A stretch of 31,515 nucleotides of DNA from Chiloscyllium plagiosum (Eukaryota), in contig NC_057757.1 of the NCBI RefSeq assembly GCF_004010195.1, positions 5,253,464-5,284,978 on the forward strand. Direction: 5' to 3'. Each line of letters begins with the position of its first letter. Positions within the stretch are counted from its first letter, which is position 1. The notes under the pieces were generated by a model that had not been told where the DNA came from, did no database searches, and saw only the letters and a program-made list of their open reading frames with translations. A program made the position numbers and the translations under genes. Positions 25,231-31,515 of this stretch are shown here, in pieces.

Positions 25231-26023
25231 CTCCGCCCTCAGACCCCACCCCTCCAACTGTAACAAGGACAGAACGCCCCTGGTGCTCACCTTCCACCCT
25301 GCCAATCTTCGCATAAACCAAATCATCTGCCGACATTTCCGCCACCTCCAAACAGACTCCACCACCAGGAATATATTTCCCTCCCCACCCCTTTCCGCCT
25401 TCCGCAAGGACCGTTCCCTCCGTGACTACCTGGTCAGGTCCATGCCCCCCTACAACCCTCCCTTCCATCCTGGCACTTTTCCCTGCCACCGCAGGAACTG
25501 TAAAACCTGTGCCCACACCTCCTCCCTCACCTCCATCCAAGGCCCTAAAGGANNNNNNNNNNNNNNNNNNNNNNNNNNNNNNNNNNNNNNNNNNNNNNNN
25601 NNNNNNNNNNNNNNNNNNNNNNNNNNNNNNNNNNNNNNNNNNNNNNNNNNNNNNNNNNNNNNNNNNNNNNNNACCTCACCCTAGTTCCAAACTTCCAGCT
25701 CAGCATTGTCCCCATGACTTGTCCGGACTTGTCCTACCTGCCTATCTCCTTTTCCACCTATCCACTCCACCCTCTCCTCCCTGACCTATCACCTTCATCC
25801 CCTCCCCCACTCACCCATTGTACTCTATGCTACTTTCTTCCCACCCCCACCCTCCTCTAGCTTATCTCTCCACGCTTCAGGCTCACTGCCTTTATTCCTG
25901 ATGAAGGGCTTTTGCCCGAAACGTCGATTTCGAAGCGCCTTGGATGCTGCCTGAACTGCTGTGCTCTTCCAGCACCACTAATCCAGAATCTGGTTTCCAG
26001 CATCTGCAATCATTGTTTTTACC
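25231..26023 (+). mobile_element. 5'-truncated Penelope-like element (RT thumb/linker with Cys cluster, N gap 25553-25672, pLTR A)
   Basis: PLVLTFHP...PLSAFRKDRSLRDYLVRS...GTFPCHRRNCKTC (Cys-rich linker that precedes GIY-YIG in Neptune-type PLEs). CCCAGA is repeated at both junctions. Confidence 0.9.
25898..25925 (+). ncRNA. Minimal hammerhead ribozyme motif (family A)
   Basis: CTGATGAAGGGCTTTTGCCCGAAACGTC, identical to 1118-1145. Confidence 0.75.
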
Positions 26024-26554
26024 CAGAATACCTGGCTAACTGAGAGGCAGTGCTATTGTCAAAGGCTATGCATTTGTAAATAAAGGGTGACTGGTGATTG
26101 GCTGCTGGCTGTGAAGGCTGATTTCAGTTTTGTGGTCACAGTTAGTGAGGCTAGCTTTCAAATCCAAATTTTACTTGTACTGATTGAATTTAAACTGCAC
26201 CAGCAGCCATGGTGGGATTTAAACCTGTTTCCCAGCGTATAGGCATACTCATTCAACAACATTACTATTATCTCCTGCCGCCCCAACCCAATATATACAG
26301 CGAAAGCAGCAGGAGATCAGAACTGTGCAGGTAGGGCAAGATGCCAAGTCGTAAGTAGCATCTTAAAATAATAGATTTAAAAATAATTCAAAGTGAAGAT
26401 CAAATTAGCTTCAGGACATAACCAACAGAATTTCTTATCTACAGCAATTCGACTTTAATCTGCCTTTAAAAGGACAGGCCACATCTCTGCTTTAGCAGCA
26501 GAATGTCGCATTGTCCATGACAATGTTACAATATTCCTGTCATGATTGATCAGT

Positions 26555-26980
26555 TTAACCTCTCACCTCTGAGTAAGAAAGCTCAAATCCCACTCCAAGA
26601 ATTGGATTTATAATCTAATTTGAAAGCCTCATGCAGTATTGTCAGAATGTCACATTGCCAGAGAGCTATTTTACAGAAAAAGGCATTGCCTAAAGAGCTG
26701 TTGACCCTCTCAGCTGGATGTAAAAGGCTCACAGCACTATTCCAAAGAAGATATGAGTGTGCATTTGAATCCTGGCCAATATTTATCCTCACAACCCAAT
26801 TATTTTAAAACAATAGCTGAACTAATCATGGTTAAGTCTAATTTATTGGATCTCACTCTGCACAAATTGGTTACTGGATTTTTTTACTGCATGACAATAT
26901 GAAAACTCAGTACTTCAAAAGTACTTTACTGCTGTAAAGTGCTTTGAGATATCCAGAAGTCTAGGTACATAAATGCAGGT
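26555..26980 (+). mobile_element. Ancient DeuSINE (SacSINE1/AmnSINE1-like)
   Basis: GGATGTAAAAGGCTCACAGCACTATTCCAAAGAAGA...TCCTGGCCAATATTTATCC and CTTCAAAAGTACTTT...CTGTAAAGTGCTTTG resemble the Deu domain and tail as recalled. Confidence 0.6.
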
Positions 26981-27355
26981 TATTCATTTTCAAGGACACA
27001 ACTACCTGTAGTTGTGGTAGCTTGCAAAGCTCATTGGTAACATTGAAAGGTTGAGTTAGTAAGGTATATGGTATTTGTTTTGCAGCATATTATGGACTAC
27101 TTTATAAGTACTCCTGGTAAGTCAAACTAGGCAAAAGGACTAATTGGGTGCTCTAGGTAAGGAGGGGACTCAAAGAGAGGGAGGATCAGAATATTTGTTG
27201 GCCCCCTGATTTTCAGTCTGCTTGTTTAAAGGGATTTTTCCATAGGTCTGCATTTTCCATTGGAAGACAACCTCCTCCTAGTGCTGTGCCTTAGAATAAT
27301 GAGGGCTAACATTCTGTGATGATGGTCTGCTCCATTAACCCTTGTGTTTCCCCAG

Positions 27356-27520
27356 TCAGGAACGAAAGCTGAGGAGGTTCAGACGGGCCTCAAGCTGCTC
27401 GCAGTTGCAGTCCAGAAGGCCCAGAATATGACAGTCAACAGCAACATGCTATATCTAATAGAGAGAAGCTACAGTAATATCCGAAGCATCACGCAGATGG
27501 TGAGGAGTTTGAGTACCCCG
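27356..27520 (+). CDS. epo: Erythropoietin coding exon (equivalent to human exon 4), SGTKAEEVQTGLKLLAVAVQKAQNMTVNSNMLYLIERSYSNIRSITQMVRSLSTP
   Basis: Acceptor cttgtgtttcccCAG with TTAAC branch-like site, donor GTAAGT at 27521. 165 nt, phase 0/0, in frame with 11818-11904. Matches EPO helices B and C (AVEVWQGLALL; SGLRSLTTLLRAL). Confidence 0.93.
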
Positions 27521-28175
27521 GTAAGTGGTGCACATTAATTTATGAGACAAGTCAGAGAATTGAAGGTGGGGTTTTGGCACTCTTTATTGTGAAGTGGGCA
27601 GGTGGGGTACACTGAGGGTTGGGGTTGATGGTAATCTTTACTAGTATCCATCTTCCTTCTTTGTAGTTTCCATCCTTCCCCGATCTGTATTCAAGACAAT
27701 TAGCTCCTGCCTGCTACAGTGCACAGGATAGTAGGAATCCCTTCTGAGCTTTTCCTTCCCTGGGAAAAGTGAGACTTTTAGCAATGGAGGCCATCACCTA
27801 TGAGCCAATGTTGCCCTCATATTGTGTCCACTGACACAAAGCAAGCTGCGAATGCTTCAGATATTGATTGGTAATGGAAATTTTCCTGGCCTGATGATAC
27901 CAAGACAACCTGTGATGTTTGCCTCTAAGAGATCAGTCCTTTTTTGGTATGGTAATGTTTAATAAGGCAAGTTTAATCATTGATCTCCAAGTAAAAGATT
28001 CCCTAGGGGTTAGCGGACGTAACATGGGAGCGAGCAACTTGGATCGCAAACAGCTGTGCTAAACTTAAATAAGGGTAATGACATAGGGATGAGGGCAAAG
28101 TGGGCTGGAGGACTGGTAAAAGAAACTTAGCAGAAAAGATAGTTGCGTAACAATGGCAGACATTTAAGAAAATAG

Positions 28176-28506
28176 TTAGATTAGATTCCCACAGTATGGA
28201 AACAGGCCCTTCAGCTCAACAAGTCCACACCAACCCTCTGAAGAGTAACCAACCCAGACCCATTCCCCTATCCTATATTTACCCCTAACTAATGCACCTA
28301 ACACTATGGGGCAATTTAGCATGGCTAATTCACCTAACCTGCACATCTTTGGACTGTGGGAGGAAACCAGAGCACCCGGAGAAAACCCATGCAGACAAGG
28401 GGACAATGTGCAAACTCCACACAGACAGTCACCTGAGGCTGGAATCGAACCTAGATCCCTGGTGCTGTGAGGCAGCAGTGCTAACCACTGAGCCACCGTG
28501 ACCCCC
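28176..28506 (-). mobile_element. HE1-like V-SINE
   Basis: A box TGGCTCAGTGG, B box GGTTCGATTCC, same V-domain and tail as 12249-12553. Confidence 0.9.
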
Positions 28507-28829
28507 CACAACAAAGATATATCCCAGTGACAAAGAAGGATACTAGGAAGTCTTTCACAAAGGATAAACCAATCATGACTAAACAAGTAAGTTCAAATTC
28601 AAAGAAAAAATACGATGTGGCAAAGATTAGTGGTAAACCTGAGTTATTACGAAAAGTTTAACACCCAGCAAAAGATGAATAAGAAACAAATAAACAAGAG
28701 AAAAAGTAAACCAAAGAAAACTTGCAAATAGAATAAAAATAGACAGTATGAGCTTGTAATGAGTACATCCACGACAAAACAGCCCTCTTGATTGGCACCA
28801 CATCCACAACCAATCAGTCTCTCCAACAG

Positions 28830-29240
28830 TAGCAGCAGTGATGCATCCAGATAGAATGCTTTCTATGGTGCATCTATAAAAATTAATAAGAGTCTTTATT
28901 GACATGCCAAATTTATTTAGGAGAAAGTGAGGACCGCAGATGCTGGAGATCAGAGTCGAAGAGTGTGGTGCTGGAAAAGCTCAGCCGGTCAGGCAGCATC
29001 CGAGGGGCAGGAAAATCGACATTGCAGGCATAAGCCCTTCATCAGGAATGAGGCCAAATTGATTTAGCCTCCTGAGGAAATAGAAGCGTTGTTGTGCTTT
29101 ATTGACCATAGTGTCAATGTGGGTGGACCAGGACAGATGGTTGGTGATCATCACCGCTAAGAACTTGGCTCTTTAGATCATCTCCACCTCAGCACCATTG
29201 ATGTAGACAGGAGGTTGCCCTCTATCTTGCTTACTGAAGT
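28830..29240 (-). mobile_element. Rex1/Babar-type LINE RT C-terminal fragment
   Basis: NKAQQRFYFLRRLNQFG | MSIKTLINFYRCTIESILSGCITA, split by a pLTR. Confidence 0.75.
28921..29052 (-). mobile_element. pLTR family A, hammerhead core decayed (GAAA to GCAA)
   Basis: TSD GCCAAATT(T/G)ATTTAG at 28906-28920 and 29053-29067. Confidence 0.85.
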
Positions 29241-29711
29241 CAATCAGATCAGCCATGACCTCACTGTATGATGCAGAAGACTCAATAGGCCAAATGGCCT
29301 ACTTCTTTGCCTATGTCTCATGGTTTGTGGACAAGTGAACTTTAAAATCCAAAAGCTGTTGGCCTCAGATTAGCAACCTGCATTACCAGAAGACACTAGC
29401 CAATGTCAAGGCCTGTGATAGAGCGCCCCATTCCTTGCTCACCTGTCAGCTCTTAAGTGAGCTGATTGGTAGGCGATCAGGTGAGTTACCTCACCGATAG
29501 GTTGGAATTGTTAGTCATGACTTAATGCACTTACCCCCCACACAATGGAGAAAAGAGAAAGCCCCATGCCTATTTAGTGTTCAGTTTGAGAGTGAGAAAC
29601 ATGGATTGGAAACAAAAGTGAGAAACATAAGTAAGGATAATTAAACATGGATAAGGGCTGAGTTGGCCGTGTGAAATGGGAAAGGAATTCAGCAGAAAAG
29701 AAAATTTGAAA

Positions 29712-29920
29712 TCGTGTATGGAATGAGTTGCCAGAGGAAATGGTGGAGGCTAGTATAATTACAACATTTAAAAGGCATATGGATGGGTACATGAATAGGA
29801 AGGGTTTAGCAGGATATGGGCCAAATGCTGGCAAATGGGACTTGGTCAGATTGGCAGGTCTGGTTGGCACAGACATATTGGACTGAAGGGTCTGTTTCTG
29901 TGTTGTATGACTGTATGACC
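29712..29920 (+). mobile_element. CR1 3' end
   Basis: CGTGTATGGAATGAGTTGCCAGAGG...GAAGGGTCTGTTTCTGTGTTGTATGAC. Confidence 0.85.
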
Positions 29921-30529
29921 CTGATTGGTGAGGGATGAATTCCCTTGACAATGCCTTGACCAGTCTGATAAATGGTCCAATGGTTTGAAAGATATGTATA
30001 GAATTAGTGGATCTTAGCTTAATTGTGGTAATGCAATAACACGTGGCTTCTGGGTTAGAAAGCAGTAGTATGATACAACACACAAACTTACCAATGTGGC
30101 TGGGCCATCGCCAAAACTATACTGGGAGAGTACCAATTTCTGGAAATTGAATACAGAAAGGAAAGGGCTCAGCTGTAATGATCTCATGCATCCATTAGAT
30201 TGCTACAACTCACCGTCTAGGTTCACACATGCGGAATTAACAGGGCTTCTTCAACAGGGCTTTCCAAACCCTAGAGGAATCTTATGGTATGACAGGTAGT
30301 GCTCCTAACTGTGAGATAGAAGTACTGCTTCAAGTGCCACAGGATTTGACAGTCACAGATGACACATCGTAACTTGGCCAGAAAAGTCAATCTGCAATCC
30401 TTCCAAACGCCTATGATGGAAGTGCAAGGGAGCATGTAGTAGTGCAGCATGCCCACATTAAAAATCGCAAAGCACAGGTTCATGCAGTGACCAGGGAACA
30501 TCCAAGAGACTGCTGCACACTATAGAAAA

Positions 30530-30800
30530 ACAAGGGCAGCAAATGTACAGGAATTCCAGCGCCTGCAAGATCTCAAAGCTACATACCAACCTGATTTGCA
30601 CCTGGCTCACTGTTCCTTCATTGTTGCTGGGTCAAAATTCTGGAAGTCCCTCCATGACGACGCTGTGGAGTGGTCTCCACACCACATGGACCACAATGGT
30701 TCAAGTGGATGGTTCACCACGATCTTCTCAAGAGCAATTAAGGATGCACAATAAACTCTGGCCTCACCAGTAATGCCCATCTCCCAGGAATGCACGAAAA
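30530..30800 (+). mobile_element. LINE 3' end related to 11370-11625
   Basis: Shares GGTCAAAATTCTGGAA.TCCCT and CTTCTCAAG.GCAATTAAGGATG. Confidence 0.6.
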
Positions 30801-31208
30801 GATGGACCCTTGGGCAAGGTAAATGAGGGTAAGCAGTCATGTGGGATACGACCATAGTCAAAGTCATACCTTCAGAGGAGAGAAGGAGAGAGATTTGGCA
30901 AAAATAAAATGCTGCATGTAAGAGGTTGCTGAGTTGCTAATGCAACACGGCCAGATTAGTATCAAGAGTAGTATGGTGAATGACCAGAGTGTGAACAGTT
31001 AGTGGGTCTCACAAACAAGACAGCTGATTAAGCTGAATAGTTGACATGGCATGCTGGTTAGCTGAAGAGTTAGTGACCACATTTATACCAAAGGTAATTT
31101 AAGTCTTTCTATTGCTAGGCTCAGTCACTGCCCCATGTTTTCAACTTACTCTTCAAACAAAAACATTATGTCTAAACCAAACAAATTGACAATGATACTG
31201 AATAAAAA

Positions 31209-31515
31209 GGTAAAAACAATGACTGCAGATGCTGGAAACCAGATTCTGGATCAGTGGTGCTGGAAGAGCACAGCAATTCAGGCAGCATCCGAGGACAGGC
31301 AAAATCGACGTTTCGGGCAAAAGCCCTTCATCAGGAATAAAGGCAGAGAGCCTGAAGCGTGGAGAGATAAGCTAGAGGAGGGGGGGGGTGGGGAGAGAGT
31401 AGCATAGAGTACAATAGGTCAGTGGGGAAGGAGATATACACGCCGTGACATCGAACAATTCTTCCGTCGCCTCCGCCTCCAAGCTTACTTTCACAATCAG
31501 GACTCCCGCCCACCT
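31209..31515. mobile_element. PLE 5' end: inverted pLTR (about 31209-31430, minus) joined to a plus-strand ORF fragment (31438-31515) running off the window
   Basis: The pLTR is the reverse complement of about 25800-26023. The ORF reads TRRDIEQFFRRLRLQAYFHNQDSRPP, resembling the PLE N-terminal F.R.LRL..YF motif. Confidence 0.85.
31307..31334 (-). ncRNA. Minimal hammerhead ribozyme motif (family A)
   Basis: Reverse complement is CTGATGAAGGGCTTTTGCCCGAAACGTC. Confidence 0.75.

Larger units (their letters stand above)
25099..26126 (+). mobile_element. Solo LTR interrupted by a PLE
   Basis: TGTAGTGA...ATTTCA ends, perfect TSD GTTTT at 25094-25098 and 26127-26131, TGTAAATAAAGGGTGACT. Confidence 0.82.
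24893..26275 (-). mobile_element. Antisense SINE hosting the LTR/PLE nest
   Basis: GGAGTCAGGTGTAGGCCAGACCAGG...TTTCCTTCCCTAAAGGACAT before the LTR, and GAATTTAAACTGCACCAGCAGCCATGGTGGGATTTAAACC after it. Confidence 0.7.

Noticed and set aside
11818..27520. Thrombopoietin identity (TKA motif, similar exon sizes)
   Set aside because: C-x3-C, N-x-T at 38, TxVN and SNIRS fit EPO, and the second exon lacks the TPO cysteine.
27344..27538. ORF-track 64-aa ORF as a standalone gene
   Set aside because: It is exon 4 plus flanking intron; splice sites define 27356-27520.
30038..30047. CACGTG as the EPO hypoxia-response element
   Set aside because: An isolated hexamer is expected by chance; no convincing ancillary motif and no conservation data.

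Overview
Eukaryotic, repeat-dominated DNA, most likely from a shark or other elasmobranch (inferred from HE1/V-SINE, DeuSINE and abundant CR1 LINEs). Two spliced coding exons of an erythropoietin (EPO) gene lie on the + strand: 11818-11904 (87 nt, equivalent to human exon 3, absent from the ORF track) and 27356-27520 (165 nt, equivalent to human exon 4). A 15,451-nt intron separates them; exons 1, 2 and a convincing exon 5 were not found. The rest is nested transposable elements: CR1, L2 and Rex/Babar LINE fragments, several SINE families, two solo LTRs, a decayed Harbinger Myb/SANT ORF and many Penelope-like element (PLE) pieces. The PLE terminal repeats (pLTRs) carry minimal hammerhead-ribozyme motifs of two families, in both orientations, and also form short fold-back elements with 13-15 bp target-site duplications (TSDs). 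Nearly all listed ORFs are TE debris or chance. Family names rest on motif recognition from memory, with no database search, and boundaries without a stated TSD are approximate.
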